Source of the DNA: an uncultured Collinsella sp.
GTDB taxonomy: Bacteria; Actinomycetota; Coriobacteriia; Coriobacteriales; Coriobacteriaceae
DNA length: 64,000 nucleotides
Reading direction: 5' to 3'
Assembly (NCBI GenBank): GCA_902490305.1
Contig: CABUDI010000004.1
Span: 35,085-99,084 of the forward strand
Shown: in pieces, positions 19,081 through 29,761 of the stretch
Position numbering within the stretch: position 1 is the stretch's first letter
How the letters are laid out: each line of letters opens with the position of its first letter
The notes under the pieces: model-generated
What the model was told of the DNA's origin: nothing
Seen by the model: the letters and a program-made list of their open reading frames with translations, nothing else
The model's database searches: none
Translations under genes and position numbers: made by a program

Positions 19081-19740
19081 GTGTCCGCATTTCCGTTCGA
19101 CGCCGTTATCTTTGATATGGACGGCGTCATTGTCGATACCGAGTATTACTACCTGGGCGAGACTGCCGCGTTTGCCAAGGAGCTTGGGCTTAACCTGACT
19201 CAAGAGGAGTTGAATGGGCAGGTTGGTACCTCGCATCAGTTCTTCCTGCATATGCTGGTCGATTGGTTTGAGCGCGCCGGTAAGGGGCATTTTACTGGCG
19301 AGGAAGCGTTGGCCCGTTGGGATGAGTGGGCGCATGAGCGTCCGCGCGACTATCAGACTTTGATTAACCCAGGCGCCGTGGATACGATTCGAGAGCTGCC
19401 GCGCCGGGGCGTTCGCGTGGCGCTTGCCAGCTCGTCTCCCATGGATAGCATCGAGGAAGTGCTCAATGCGTGCGGGCTGTCGGATGCCTTTGAGTATGTG
19501 GTGAGCGGCGAGCAGTTTAAGGAGAGCAAGCCCGAGCCCGACATCTACCTGCATGCGCTGGACCTGCTGGGGCTGCCCGCGAATCGCTGCTGCTGCGTTG
19601 AGGATTCGGTGCCCGGCATCACTGCCGGCAAGCGAGCCGGCCTGACGGTCATTGCCAAGCGCGAGGAGCGCTTTGGCTTTAGCCAGGATGCCGCGGACAA
19701 GATTATCGACCAGTTGCCGGAGCTGCTCACGCTTTCTTAG
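19081..19740 (+). CDS. HAD-IA family phosphatase
   Basis: VIFDMDGVIVDTE, ASSS, KPEPDIY, VEDSVPGI. Confidence 0.92.
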   Translation: MSAFPFDAVIFDMDGVIVDTEYYYLGETAAFAKELGLNLTQEELNGQVGTSHQFFLHMLVDWFERAGKGHFTGEEALARWDEWAHERPRDYQTLINPGAVDTIRELPRRGVRVALASSSPMDSIEEVLNACGLSDAFEYVVSGEQFKESKPEPDIYLHALDLLGLPANRCCCVEDSVPGITAGKRAGLTVIAKREERFGFSQDAADKIIDQLPELLTLS

Positions 19741-19890
19741 GAGCGCGGTAGTTGCGCGTTTTTCGGGTCAGATGAGTAAATACCCGACATTTTGGTGCGA
19801 TAGCAAGCATACTTTATGCTAATGCGGGCTCAAGGGCTTGTTGAATGTCCTTGAGCCCGCTTTAGACTTAATTGCGCTGGGAGAGGGTAT

Positions 19891-20634
19891 ATGCCACCGA
19901 CTGAAGGGCTAACTGACGGTAAAGCTGCGATACCGCTGTACCAACAGGTTATCGATATCATCAAAAACGAAATCAACTCCGGTGCCTACAAGGCGGGCGA
20001 GCGGATTCCCAACGAATTTGAATTAGCTGAAAGCTATAAAGTTGGCCGTGTTACCGTGCGGCGCGCTATTGAGGAGCTTGTCCAGCAGGGCTATCTAACA
20101 AAGCGACAGGGGAAAGGCACGTTTGTCAATGCCCCCAAGCTTAAGCGCAAGATTCGCCAGAAGGATGACGTCCAGAGTTTTTCGGACGCATGCCGCGTTA
20201 ACGGAATGGAACCGGGGGCGCGCGTCATTTCGAGAAAGATACTGCCGGCGGATTCCACCGAAGCGCAGTTCTTTGGTGTTCCCGTTGGAACTGATTTGAT
20301 TTGCGTTGAGCGTGTGCGTACTGCCGGTGGGGTCCCCGTCATGCTTGAAAACAACATATACGTTTACGAGGACAACGCTTATCTATCAACGGCACCTCTA
20401 TCTAACCAATCCATTTTTGAGTTCGTGCGCAACCGGACGGGCCGTACGCCCGCGTTTACCGACCCGTGCACGCTCGAAATCGCGTGCGCCTCGCCCGAGG
20501 TCGCTCGGCTGTTGGCGGTTTCCGTTGGCGAACCCTTGTTTTACATGGATGCCTTCTTTTTCGATGAGCAGCGGCGGCCGTTTATCATCGGTCGTCAGCG
20601 GATCGTTGGGTCTCGCTACGTTTTTGACATCTAG
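19891..20634 (+). CDS. GntR/HutC-family regulator with UTRA domain (FrlR-like)
   Basis: PLYQQV, IPNEFELA..YKVGRVTVRRA, RQGKGTFV; adjacent to frl genes. Confidence 0.9.
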   Translation: MPPTEGLTDGKAAIPLYQQVIDIIKNEINSGAYKAGERIPNEFELAESYKVGRVTVRRAIEELVQQGYLTKRQGKGTFVNAPKLKRKIRQKDDVQSFSDACRVNGMEPGARVISRKILPADSTEAQFFGVPVGTDLICVERVRTAGGVPVMLENNIYVYEDNAYLSTAPLSNQSIFEFVRNRTGRTPAFTDPCTLEIACASPEVARLLAVSVGEPLFYMDAFFFDEQRRPFIIGRQRIVGSRYVFDI

Positions 20635-20852
20635 GACATTGCGAACGGAAGCGCCCGGTGGATCATCTCACCGGGCGTTTCCATACCGTTCACGGCGCAA
20701 ACGCAACCGTTCAACCGCGTTGCGGCAATCAGTTTGAAATTATCTTGATGACGAGAAAAGCTGCTGGTAATCTATGGGACGTCATAGAACGTTTGCATTG
20801 TGCAAACGTTGAAGCGAGATGCGATGCAGTCTCGAGTTCTTTGGAGGTATCT

Positions 20853-22316
20853 ATGTCAGATACGAAGGCGAAGAAGACAAACAGACGTTTTAAGTTCAAA
20901 TTACCGCATGTCTATACGATCATGTTTTTGCTGATTGTTGTCTTTGCGGTCCTGACTTGGATCGTTCCCTCTGGTCAGTATCAGCGCAAGACGATTTCGA
21001 CAGCGGCGGGCGAGCGTGAAGTCGCCGTTGCTGGAACCTATGAACAGGTCGATAAGAACTACACCGATTCCGAGACCGGCGAGACCATCAATCTGGGCCA
21101 GGATATCTTCGCGGTCCTGCAAGCGCCCACCAAGGGTATCCAAGAAGCTGCCGACGTCGTTGCGTTCGTCTTATTGATTGGCGGATCGTTCGCAATCATC
21201 ACCAAGACCAACGCTTTGAATGCCGGCATGAGCCGTGTGATTAAAAAGCTCAAGAACAAGGACATCCTCATCATTCCCATCACGATGACGTTGCTGTCCA
21301 TTTGCGGCACTACGTTTGGTATGTCTGAGGAAGCCCTGCCGTTCTATGCCATCTTCATTCCTATCATGATGGGTATCGGCTATGACTCGATGACGGCATT
21401 CATCATCTGCTTCCTTGGTCCCAACCTCGGATATTGTGCTTCGACCATCGACCCGTTTAATGTTTTGATCGCCCAAGGCATCATTGGCATCGAGGGCAAT
21501 CCGCAACTGTGGCTGCGTGCCGTTTCTTGGGTCATCTTCACTGCCGTCGGTATCGCATGGGCCATGCGCTACGCCATGCGCGTCAAGAAAAATCCCGAGT
21601 CGTCCATTGTGTACGAGGACGATAAGCTCAAGCGTATTGAGTTTTCCGTGACCGATGCCTCCATCGAGGAAGAGTTCACTATCCGTCAGAAGCTCGTGCT
21701 TATCGATTTTGCTTGCGGTATGGGCATTATCGTCTGGGGTCTTGTTACCCAGGGCTGGTACATGAATGAGATTTCCGCCGTGTTCCTTGGCATGGGCCTG
21801 CTTGCCGGTATCCTGGGCGGTCTTGACCAGCAGACGATCGCAGAGGAGTTCGTTAAGGGTCTTGCCGACTTTGCGTACGCTGCCATCGTTATCGGTATCG
21901 CTCGCGGTATTCTGGTCATCGCCGAGGGCGGCATGATCATTGACACCATCCTCCAGGCGCTCGCTACTGCGCTTGCCGGTGCACCCGCCGCCGTCTACAC
22001 CACGTTTATGTATATCGTCCTTGGCCTGCTCTCTTTGCTGGTTCCCTCGAGTTCTGGCCTGGCGGCGCTCACCATGCCCGTTATGGGCCCCCTGACCGAG
22101 CTCATGGGCCTCAATCCCGAGGCGGCCGTCACCGCGCTCCAGTTTGCCAACCAGACCATCAACACCATCAGCCCCGTGGCGGGCATGACGGTCGCCGGTC
22201 TTGCCGTGGCTAGGATTTCGTTTGGCCAATGGTGGAAGACCATTTGGAAGTTCTTCATTTTCATGGTCGTCTTTGGCCTGATCGTAACGGCAATCTCTGG
22301 CATGCTTCCGGTGTAG
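20853..22316 (+). CDS. YfcC-family (DcuC/ArcD-like) transporter
   Basis: FKLPHVYTIMF, LTWIVPSGQY, TFGMSEE, VPSSSGLAALTMP; many TM segments. Confidence 0.88.
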   Translation: MSDTKAKKTNRRFKFKLPHVYTIMFLLIVVFAVLTWIVPSGQYQRKTISTAAGEREVAVAGTYEQVDKNYTDSETGETINLGQDIFAVLQAPTKGIQEAADVVAFVLLIGGSFAIITKTNALNAGMSRVIKKLKNKDILIIPITMTLLSICGTTFGMSEEALPFYAIFIPIMMGIGYDSMTAFIICFLGPNLGYCASTIDPFNVLIAQGIIGIEGNPQLWLRAVSWVIFTAVGIAWAMRYAMRVKKNPESSIVYEDDKLKRIEFSVTDASIEEEFTIRQKLVLIDFACGMGIIVWGLVTQGWYMNEISAVFLGMGLLAGILGGLDQQTIAEEFVKGLADFAYAAIVIGIARGILVIAEGGMIIDTILQALATALAGAPAAVYTTFMYIVLGLLSLLVPSSSGLAALTMPVMGPLTELMGLNPEAAVTALQFANQTINTISPVAGMTVAGLAVARISFGQWWKTIWKFFIFMVVFGLIVTAISGMLPV

Positions 22317-22325
22317 GTGGTTGTG

Positions 22326-23909
22326 ATGTCTGATCGTTTGACGGTCCTGACGTCTAAGAGCGTCTTTACCGGTACGGGGGACCTGCCGTTTGAAGGTTTC
22401 GTAGCGGTCCGTGGCAATCGAATTGAGGCTGTTGGCGCCAAGTGTGAGGTAGCTTCGTATTTGACCCAGGCGGACGAGGTAGTTGACCTGGGCGACCGCA
22501 CTGTCATGCCTGGCCTGATCGATGTGCATACCTTCTATACAGGTTGGGCGCTGCGGACGTTGGGGACTGATCTGTCCGGCATCGATGATGCCAAAGAGGC
22601 TGTGTCGATCTTGCGTGCATGGAAAGAAGATCATCCGGATTGCGCGGCGGCTTTTGGCCACAACCTACCCGAAACGTTGGCATCGGATGCCGAGAACGCA
22701 AATACGGCAGCTGTGTTTGACGATTGTTTTGGCGATATCCCCGTCGTCTGCTTTACACCGGGAGCGGAGACCTGCGTTCTCAATGCTGCTGCCAGTGCGC
22801 GATACGGCTTTACACCCCAGGCGTGCTATGCCGAGAAGATCTGGCGCATGATGAGCGATTTCCTCGCGCTGCCCGAGGTGCGTGCCGGGTATTCGGACTA
22901 CATGAGCATGCTTAACGAGCGCGGCGTTACCGCCATCAAGGAGATGGCGTTTGATGACTACTACGGCTTTGCCGACGAAATGGCTCGCCGTGAGGAATCT
23001 GGTGAGCTGACGGTTCGCGTCTCTATGATGTCGCAGCCGGTGGGTGCCGGTGCAAATCTGGCATATGCCCGCGAGGCACGAGAGCGCTTCCGGGGACCGT
23101 TCGTTCGTTTTTCTGGCTTCAACCGTATGACCGATCGCGGTGTATGGGCGGGGCTTGCCGAGATGATTGACCCCTATGAAGACACGGCCGATGCGGGCGC
23201 TGCCGGCAAGACGGTCGTCGAGGAGCCAGAGTGGGATCTGATTGAGAGCGAGCTGCGTGCAATTGATGCTGACGGCTTCCGATATTCCTTGCATTGCCAG
23301 GGCGATGGCGCCGTTCGTCGCACCGTGGCGCTCTATGCCTCGCTGCCTCGAGACGAGCATGGACGGATGCTTCGCCGCCATGCGATTACCGATCTCGAGA
23401 ACTCTGACCCGACCGATCTTGTCGAGTTTGGCAAGTTAGGTGGAATTTGCGAGGTCTATCCGCAGATTCTGACGCTGGACCGGCGTGAGGATTGCCTGTC
23501 GATGATGCGTCGACAAATTGGCGAGACGCGACTTTTGCACAGCTGGAATCGCCGCGGCATGGAAGATTCCGGATGCACAGTGTGCTGTGGAACGGATTTG
23601 CCGCTGCTGATTCCGAGCCTGGGCGAGTCAATCTACAGTGCGTGCGGCGGATACTTCGACGACGGACTGCCCGTGAATGAGGTCAACGCGCTGACGCTTG
23701 TCGAGCTCTTGCGCGCTTGGACTGCCGGGGGCGCGTACGACCTGATGCGCGAAGACGAGCTGGGTACGCTCGAGGTCGGCAAGCTTGCCGATATCTGCGT
23801 GCTCGATCGGGATGTGTTTGACCTCGATTATCGCGACGCACGCGATCTTGCGGTTGATATGACGATGTCGGACGGACAAATCGTGTTTGATCGAAATAAG
23901 GAGGCATAA
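22326..23909 (+). CDS. Amidohydrolase 3 family (YtcJ-like) metal-dependent hydrolase
   Basis: DLGDRTVMPGLIDVHTF, LHCQGD, GTDLP, GTLEVGKLADICVLDRD. Confidence 0.85.
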   Translation: MSDRLTVLTSKSVFTGTGDLPFEGFVAVRGNRIEAVGAKCEVASYLTQADEVVDLGDRTVMPGLIDVHTFYTGWALRTLGTDLSGIDDAKEAVSILRAWKEDHPDCAAAFGHNLPETLASDAENANTAAVFDDCFGDIPVVCFTPGAETCVLNAAASARYGFTPQACYAEKIWRMMSDFLALPEVRAGYSDYMSMLNERGVTAIKEMAFDDYYGFADEMARREESGELTVRVSMMSQPVGAGANLAYAREARERFRGPFVRFSGFNRMTDRGVWAGLAEMIDPYEDTADAGAAGKTVVEEPEWDLIESELRAIDADGFRYSLHCQGDGAVRRTVALYASLPRDEHGRMLRRHAITDLENSDPTDLVEFGKLGGICEVYPQILTLDRREDCLSMMRRQIGETRLLHSWNRRGMEDSGCTVCCGTDLPLLIPSLGESIYSACGGYFDDGLPVNEVNALTLVELLRAWTAGGAYDLMREDELGTLEVGKLADICVLDRDVFDLDYRDARDLAVDMTMSDGQIVFDRNKEA

Positions 23910-23910
23910 G

Positions 23911-24762
23911 ATGCCTGAATCCAAACCGACGCTGCGCCGCGAGCAGATTGCGGGCATGAATATCCACTACATCATGTGGTCGCTCGATTACTTCCTTGAT
24001 GTGCAGCAGCGTTTGGGCTTTGAGTCCATTGAGCTGTGGTGCGCAGAGCCGCATGTGACGCTCGACCATACGGGCTACTTTGAGGCTGAGGTCCTGGCGA
24101 AAAAGGCTGCAGACCGTGGGCTTAGGTATCGTACTCTGTGCCCCGAGAATGTTGTCTATCCTTGGCAGTACTGCGCACGCAAGCCGCTGCATGAACAGCG
24201 CAGCCTGGCGTACTTTAAGCACGGCATTGAGCTTGCCGAGGTACTTGGGTGCGACCGTATGTCCATCAACTCGGGCTGGGGCGACTGGGACGAGGACCGC
24301 GAGGAAGCCTGGAAGCGCAGCCGCGAGCACTTGTCCATTCTGGCGGAGTATGCCGGCGAGCACGGTCTGGTGCTTACGATGGAAAGCCTGCGTCCCGAGG
24401 AGAGCAACCTTGTGACGACGGTTTCCGATGCGAAGCGCATGATTGACGAGGTCGCGAGCCCGTACTTACAGCCCATGGTTGATACAACCGCGATGGGCGT
24501 TGCAGGCGAGACGCTCGAGGACTGGTTTGCCGCCTTTGGTGATGGGGCAATTCACGAGATGCACTTTATCGACGGTGACCCGTATGGCCATCTGGTGTGG
24601 GGCGATGGCAAGCACGATATGGACGCCTTCGTCGCCACACTCAACGCCCATGGTTTTGACGGCATGCTGGGCCAGGAAATCACGGACGGTCGTTACTACG
24701 ATGACCCGGCCGCGGCAGATGCCAAGAACATGGCCGCATTCGAGAAATATCTGATTGACTAA
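23911..24762 (+). CDS. frlC: Fructoselysine 3-epimerase-like TIM-barrel protein
   Basis: IELW...PH, LTMESLRPEESNLV, MVDTTAM, HFIDG; directly before frlB. Confidence 0.7.
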   Translation: MPESKPTLRREQIAGMNIHYIMWSLDYFLDVQQRLGFESIELWCAEPHVTLDHTGYFEAEVLAKKAADRGLRYRTLCPENVVYPWQYCARKPLHEQRSLAYFKHGIELAEVLGCDRMSINSGWGDWDEDREEAWKRSREHLSILAEYAGEHGLVLTMESLRPEESNLVTTVSDAKRMIDEVASPYLQPMVDTTAMGVAGETLEDWFAAFGDGAIHEMHFIDGDPYGHLVWGDGKHDMDAFVATLNAHGFDGMLGQEITDGRYYDDPAAADAKNMAAFEKYLID

Positions 24763-24824
24763 AACAACTATCGGCTACGCAACCAACGTCATTGATTGCG
24801 GGTCAAATAAGAAAGGAACTGGAT

Positions 24825-25793
24825 ATGAACGCACACGATCTGATCAAAGAGGCAATTGCCGAGAAGGGCAAGTTCGACAGCGTCTACTGGATTGCTTGCG
24901 GTGGCTCCATGATCGATTTGATCCCGGCTCATGAGCTTCTGCAGCGCGAGGCAACCACCTTCACTTCGTATATCTATACCGCACGTGAATTCGACATTAT
25001 GCGTCCGCGTCGTCTGGGCGAGAAGTCCCTGGTCATCGCTTGCAGCCACAGTGGCAATACCCCGGAGGTCGTCGAGGGCTGCGAGATTGCCCTTGCCGCC
25101 GGCGCTACGGTGATCGCCCAGACCGACAACGCTGGATCCAAGATCGACTCCGGCAAGTGGACCACGTGGGTCTACCCATGGGGCGAGGGTGTGCCGCAGG
25201 CCGAGGTCCCCGCTGGCATTTCGCTGTCGCTTGCGGCAGAGCTGCTCGATCAGCAGGAGGGCTACGCCGATCTTGCCGATATGTATGCCGGTATCGCCGA
25301 GATGGATAAGATTCTTCCCCCGGCACGCGAGAAGGTAAATGCCGAGCTGGGCGATCGCTTTGCCAAGCTTTGCCAGGAGCACGAGTTCTTCTATATTCTG
25401 GGCAGCGGTCCCAACTTTAGCCAGACCTACGGTTTTGCTATCTGCTCTCTTATGGAGATGCAGTGGCAGCACTGCAGCTACATCCACTCTGCCGAGTACT
25501 TCCATGGCCCCTTCGAGGCTACTCAGGATGGCGTTTTTTACTTCCTGCAGATGGGCTCCAGCGAGTGCCGTGCTATGGACGAGCGCGCCCTGGCGTTCCT
25601 TAAGACGCATACCGATACGCTGATGGTGCTCGATGCCAAGGAGTACGGTATGGAAGCCGTGCCGGCGAGCGTCCGTGCCTATCTGGACCCGGTGCTGTTC
25701 TACGCCATGAACTGCGAGCTGCGTGCTGCACGCGGCAAGGTGTTTGATCACGATCCCGATTTCCGTCGCTATATGGGTGTTGTCGAGTACTAG
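24825..25793 (+). CDS. frlB: Fructoselysine-6-phosphate deglycase (SIS domain)
   Basis: ACGGS, SHSGNTPE, ICSLMEMQW, HSAEYFHGPFE, RRYMGVVEY. Confidence 0.9.
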   Translation: MNAHDLIKEAIAEKGKFDSVYWIACGGSMIDLIPAHELLQREATTFTSYIYTAREFDIMRPRRLGEKSLVIACSHSGNTPEVVEGCEIALAAGATVIAQTDNAGSKIDSGKWTTWVYPWGEGVPQAEVPAGISLSLAAELLDQQEGYADLADMYAGIAEMDKILPPAREKVNAELGDRFAKLCQEHEFFYILGSGPNFSQTYGFAICSLMEMQWQHCSYIHSAEYFHGPFEATQDGVFYFLQMGSSECRAMDERALAFLKTHTDTLMVLDAKEYGMEAVPASVRAYLDPVLFYAMNCELRAARGKVFDHDPDFRRYMGVVEY

Positions 25794-25807
25794 AAGGAGC
25801 AAAGGCC

Positions 25808-26671
25808 ATGGCATTTAACGTTAACGCGCTCGGATTTGGCGACAACGTCGTCGATCGCTACGAGCATATCCACACCATGTATCCCGGCGGCAATGCGGTG
25901 AACTTCGCCGTTTATGCCAAGAAATGCGGTGCCGCACGCTCCGCATACATGGGCATTTTTGGCAATGACGCCGCTGCCGAGCATGTCATTGCAAGCCTCG
26001 AGGATGAGGGTATCGAGCTTGACAAGTGCGAGCAGATGATTGGCGAGAACGGAGCGGCTCGCGTCACCGTCGTTGACGGTGACCGTGTCTTCCTCGGCTC
26101 CAACGAGGGCGGTATCCGTGGCGATGCGCGCTACGTCCTCGATCGCTTTGACCTTTCGTACATGAAGCAGTTCGATGTGGTTCATTCGGGCAACTATTGC
26201 TTTACCGAGCGCGAGCTGCCCAAGTTGAAGGCTGCGGGCGTCACGGTCTCTTTTGACTTTTCGGACGATTCCACCGACGAGTACTACGAGCAGATTGCGC
26301 CCTACGTCGATTTTGCTTTCTTTAGTGCGGCGGATGCCGCGAGTGAGGACGAGATTCGCGAGCGTCTGGCATGGGTGAAGGGCCTGGGTCCGCGTTTTGT
26401 GTCGGCTACGGCGGGCGCCGAGGGCTGCATTGCTTACGACGGCGAGCGTTATTACCGCCAGCTGGCTAAACCGGTAACGGACATGAAGGACACCATGGGG
26501 GCGGGCGACTCGTTCCTCACCTCGTTTTTGATGTGCTATCTCGATTCCGCCAAGCGTGGTGAGGATGGCGCCGAGGCCATCGAGCGCGCGCTCGACTTTG
26601 CTGCCGGGTTTGCCTCGACCGTGTGCGGCATGGAAGGCTCTTGGGACCACGGAGCGCCAATCGTCGAATAG
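25808..26671 (+). CDS. frlD: PfkB-family fructoselysine 6-kinase, paralog 1
   Basis: GDNVVDRY, YPGGNAVNFAV, DTMGAGDSF. Confidence 0.82.
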   Translation: MAFNVNALGFGDNVVDRYEHIHTMYPGGNAVNFAVYAKKCGAARSAYMGIFGNDAAAEHVIASLEDEGIELDKCEQMIGENGAARVTVVDGDRVFLGSNEGGIRGDARYVLDRFDLSYMKQFDVVHSGNYCFTERELPKLKAAGVTVSFDFSDDSTDEYYEQIAPYVDFAFFSAADAASEDEIRERLAWVKGLGPRFVSATAGAEGCIAYDGERYYRQLAKPVTDMKDTMGAGDSFLTSFLMCYLDSAKRGEDGAEAIERALDFAAGFASTVCGMEGSWDHGAPIVE

Positions 26672-26741
26672 CTTAAAAAAGCGTACGGCGGTCTGGCTAT
26701 GAGGCCTTGGACAGCCGATGCAAAACAATAAGCGAAACGAG

Positions 26742-26775
26742 AAAAGGGGGCTCGCCATGTGGTGGGTCCCCTTTT
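26742..26775. terminator. Intrinsic terminator-like hairpin inside the frl cluster
   Basis: AAAAGGGGGCTCGCCA-TG-TGGTGGGTCCCCTTTT. Confidence 0.6.
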
Positions 26776-26792
26776 GAACATTGGAGAAGACC

Positions 26793-27593
26793 ATGGGCAT
26801 TAAAGCGTGTGCGGCTGGTTTTTGCTGCGCGGACGTCTATCAAAACATCGGCGTGTTCTATCCAACTGGTAATGGCATTGACTGGGGTATCCATCTTGCG
26901 CGAATGGGCGTTTCGGTATCCGCCGTGTCGGTTGTCGGCAAGGACGAGTACGGAGACAAGATGAGAGAGGCGCTGGCCGCTGAGGGGTTCGATATCTCAC
27001 ATCTGCGGGTGGAGGATGGCGACACCTCGGTGATGCTCATGGCATTGAAAGACGGCGTCGATCGCGTGCATCTCGAGGCAATCGATGGCGTAATGGAGAC
27101 ATATCGTCCGAATGAAGATGACCGGGCGTTTATCCTAGAGCACGACATCATTCATACCGACCTGTTTGGCAATTGTTTGGACCTCCTGCCCGAATGGCAT
27201 GATGCGGGCAAGACGGTGGCTATGGACTTCTCGGTGTTCAGCCAGGATCCCGAATATGCATGCGAGGCTCATTTTCCTTACGTAGACTATGCGTTCATGT
27301 CGTTTGAAGAGGACACTCCGGAGCTGCGAGACTGGGTACGCCACGTGCAGGAATTGGGACCACGCGTTGCGGTTGCCACGCTTGGCGAGAAGGGAAGCAT
27401 TGCCTATGACGGTGAGCGCTTCTATGAGTGCGGGATCGTACCGGCGGAGAAGGTCGTTAATACCGTGGGTGCCGGCGACTCGTATATTGCCGGGTTTACC
27501 AAGGGCGTGATCGATGGCCTTGATATTCCGGCGTGTATGAAGGCGGGCGCTGAGCTGTCGTCCCGAGTGATTGGTTCGTTTGAGCCGTACTAG
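26793..27593 (+). CDS. PfkB-family fructoselysine 6-kinase, paralog 2
   Basis: CADVY..YPTGNG, ATLGEKGS, NTVGAGDSYIAGF. Confidence 0.8.
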   Translation: MGIKACAAGFCCADVYQNIGVFYPTGNGIDWGIHLARMGVSVSAVSVVGKDEYGDKMREALAAEGFDISHLRVEDGDTSVMLMALKDGVDRVHLEAIDGVMETYRPNEDDRAFILEHDIIHTDLFGNCLDLLPEWHDAGKTVAMDFSVFSQDPEYACEAHFPYVDYAFMSFEEDTPELRDWVRHVQELGPRVAVATLGEKGSIAYDGERFYECGIVPAEKVVNTVGAGDSYIAGFTKGVIDGLDIPACMKAGAELSSRVIGSFEPY

Positions 27594-27620
27594 GGTCAAA
27601 TGCCTGGAAAGGAGTACGAA

Positions 27621-28481
27621 ATGGTTATCGACATGTTGGTCCATCCTATGCTCTACGGCGAGATCTGTACCCCGGGCGATGAGCCTGATGGATTCGGTTT
27701 TTGGTCACGAGAATTTGGTATGGGGCATATGGGCCCCATGGATTGGGATGAGCTTCAAGTCGAGATGGACGTCTGCGACGTGCGGAAGAGCGTGCTCATG
27801 CCGCTCGATGTAACCACGGCATGCGGAGGGCACTTTGGCACCAATGACCAGATTGCCATGCTGGTTGCCGCGCACCCCGATCGTCTGTGGGGATTTGCGA
27901 GCGTAGATCCGCAGGTGAGCGGTGCCGCAGACGAATTGGAGCGCGCCTTTACCGAGTTGGGGGCAAAGGGGCTTTGCCTGCATCCGGCAAAGCAGGGTTT
28001 TGCCCCCGATGATGCTGTGGCCGAGCCGCTTTACGAGCTGTGCGAGCGCTATAACAAGCCGGTGGTTTTCCATGCCGGTATGTCTTGGGAGCCGGGCGCA
28101 GAGCTTTCGCGCAGTAACCCGCTTGCATTTGAGCACACAATCGCAACGCATCCAAATGTGCGCTTTAGTTTGACCCACTTTGGCTGGCCCTGGGTGCGCG
28201 AGACCGTGGCGATGCTGCTCAAGTATCCCAACTGCTACACGGACACCTCTATCACTTACATCGATTCGCCCGAGGAGATGATGCAGCGTCTTTTCACGGT
28301 CGATATGGGGCCGCTGTGGTATGAGCGCGCGCTATCGCATCAAGTGATGTTCGCCAGCAATACGCCGCGCTTCCGTGCGTTCAAACTCAAGCGGGCGCTC
28401 GATACCGTGTCCATGCGCGATGATGCGCGAGAAAGGCTCTACTGGGGTAATGCCCTGCGTTTTCTTGAAGGGGGTGAGTGA
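27621..28481 (+). CDS. Amidohydrolase 2 family TIM-barrel hydrolase
   Basis: VIDMLVH, HPDRLWGFASVDP, LCLHP, VFHAG, THFGWPW. Confidence 0.85.
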   Translation: MVIDMLVHPMLYGEICTPGDEPDGFGFWSREFGMGHMGPMDWDELQVEMDVCDVRKSVLMPLDVTTACGGHFGTNDQIAMLVAAHPDRLWGFASVDPQVSGAADELERAFTELGAKGLCLHPAKQGFAPDDAVAEPLYELCERYNKPVVFHAGMSWEPGAELSRSNPLAFEHTIATHPNVRFSLTHFGWPWVRETVAMLLKYPNCYTDTSITYIDSPEEMMQRLFTVDMGPLWYERALSHQVMFASNTPRFRAFKLKRALDTVSMRDDARERLYWGNALRFLEGGE

Positions 28482-28912
28482 ACATGGTGACGCTCGAGAC
28501 ATTGAGCTATCTATCGACTGCTCCGGACCAGTTCATCGATATTACCGAAGACGTGCACGCTGCCATCGAACGCAGCTCGGTGACCAATGGCTTGGCAGCG
28601 GTTATTTTGTCGCATACGACCTGTGGAATCGTGGTAAACGAGGGGCTGCCCTGCGTGGAGACGGATCTTATGGAGACGCTTGATCGCATCGCCCCACTCG
28701 ATGCCCCCTATGCGCATGCACACTTCCTGCCGAGCTATGGAGCCACCGGCAACAACTCCTGTGGGCATATCAAGAGCATGATTTGTGGAAACAGTTGCTT
28801 CTTTCCCGTCCAAGATGGCCACATCGTGTGCGGAAGTGCCCAGAACATCTATCTTGCGGAGTTTGACGGTCCGCAGAAGCGAAAAGTGTACGTCGAGGTG
28901 CTGGGGGAGTAA
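28478..28912 (+). CDS. YjbQ/UPF0047 family protein
   Basis: FIDITEDV, HTTCGIVVNE, GHIKSMI, QNIYLAEFDGP. Confidence 0.9.
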   Translation: MNMVTLETLSYLSTAPDQFIDITEDVHAAIERSSVTNGLAAVILSHTTCGIVVNEGLPCVETDLMETLDRIAPLDAPYAHAHFLPSYGATGNNSCGHIKSMICGNSCFFPVQDGHIVCGSAQNIYLAEFDGPQKRKVYVEVLGE

Positions 28913-28945
28913 CGTCCCTGCAATAACCCTATGAAGGAGCACGTT

Positions 28946-29755
28946 ATGTCGTTTCTAACTTCGATGTTCAAGACCGAAAAGCCGGTTATCGGAATGCTGC
29001 ACCTGCGTCCTCTGCCGGGCGATCCGCTGTATTACCCGGGCGGAAGCGTGTCGCAGGTCGTGGAAGCCGCCAAGCGCGATCTCGAGGCGTTGCAGCGGGG
29101 CGGTGTCGATGGCATTTTGATTACCAATGAGCTCTCGATGCCCTATGAGCAGCACGTTTCTCCCTCAACCCTTGCATCGATGGGCTATGTAATCGGGGCT
29201 CTGTCCCATGATCTGTCGACTCCTTGGGGAGCTGAGGCTATTTACGATGGTGATGCCACAATCGAGCTGTGCGCTGCCGTCGACGCGCAGTTCACGCGCT
29301 GCAATTTTTGCGGTGCCTGGGCCGGTGATCTCGGGCTGATTAACCGAGATTTCGCTCACACCATGCGTCGCAAGGTGGCGCTGCGCCTGGACGACCTCAA
29401 GCTTTTTCACTTCATCACGAGCGAGGGGGAGGTTTATCTCAACGACCGCACGACTGCGGACATTGCCGATTCACTTCTCTTTAATTGTCTACCGGATGCG
29501 ATGGTCATCGGCGGTTCGGCTGCCGGTCGTGGCGCTTCGGGCGAACTTGCCGATGAGGTCCGCGAGCGCGTTGGCCAAGTACCTGTGGTATGTGGCACCG
29601 GTTGTCGCGAAAATACCGTGGCTGACGTATTTGCTCACTACGATGGCGCGTTTGTCGGCACGTGCTTAAAGCGCGACGGAAAGCTGGATGCCCCGGTCGA
29701 TGTTGAGCGGGTGGCTCGTTTTATGGCTGCCGCTCGTACGGCGCGAGGGGAGTAG
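28946..29755 (+). CDS. BtpA/SgcQ family protein
   Basis: KPVIGMLHLRPLPGDP, LQRGGVDGILITNE, DGAFVGTCLK, VDVERV. Confidence 0.9.
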   Translation: MSFLTSMFKTEKPVIGMLHLRPLPGDPLYYPGGSVSQVVEAAKRDLEALQRGGVDGILITNELSMPYEQHVSPSTLASMGYVIGALSHDLSTPWGAEAIYDGDATIELCAAVDAQFTRCNFCGAWAGDLGLINRDFAHTMRRKVALRLDDLKLFHFITSEGEVYLNDRTTADIADSLLFNCLPDAMVIGGSAAGRGASGELADEVRERVGQVPVVCGTGCRENTVADVFAHYDGAFVGTCLKRDGKLDAPVDVERVARFMAAARTARGE

Positions 29756-29761
29756 GCACCT

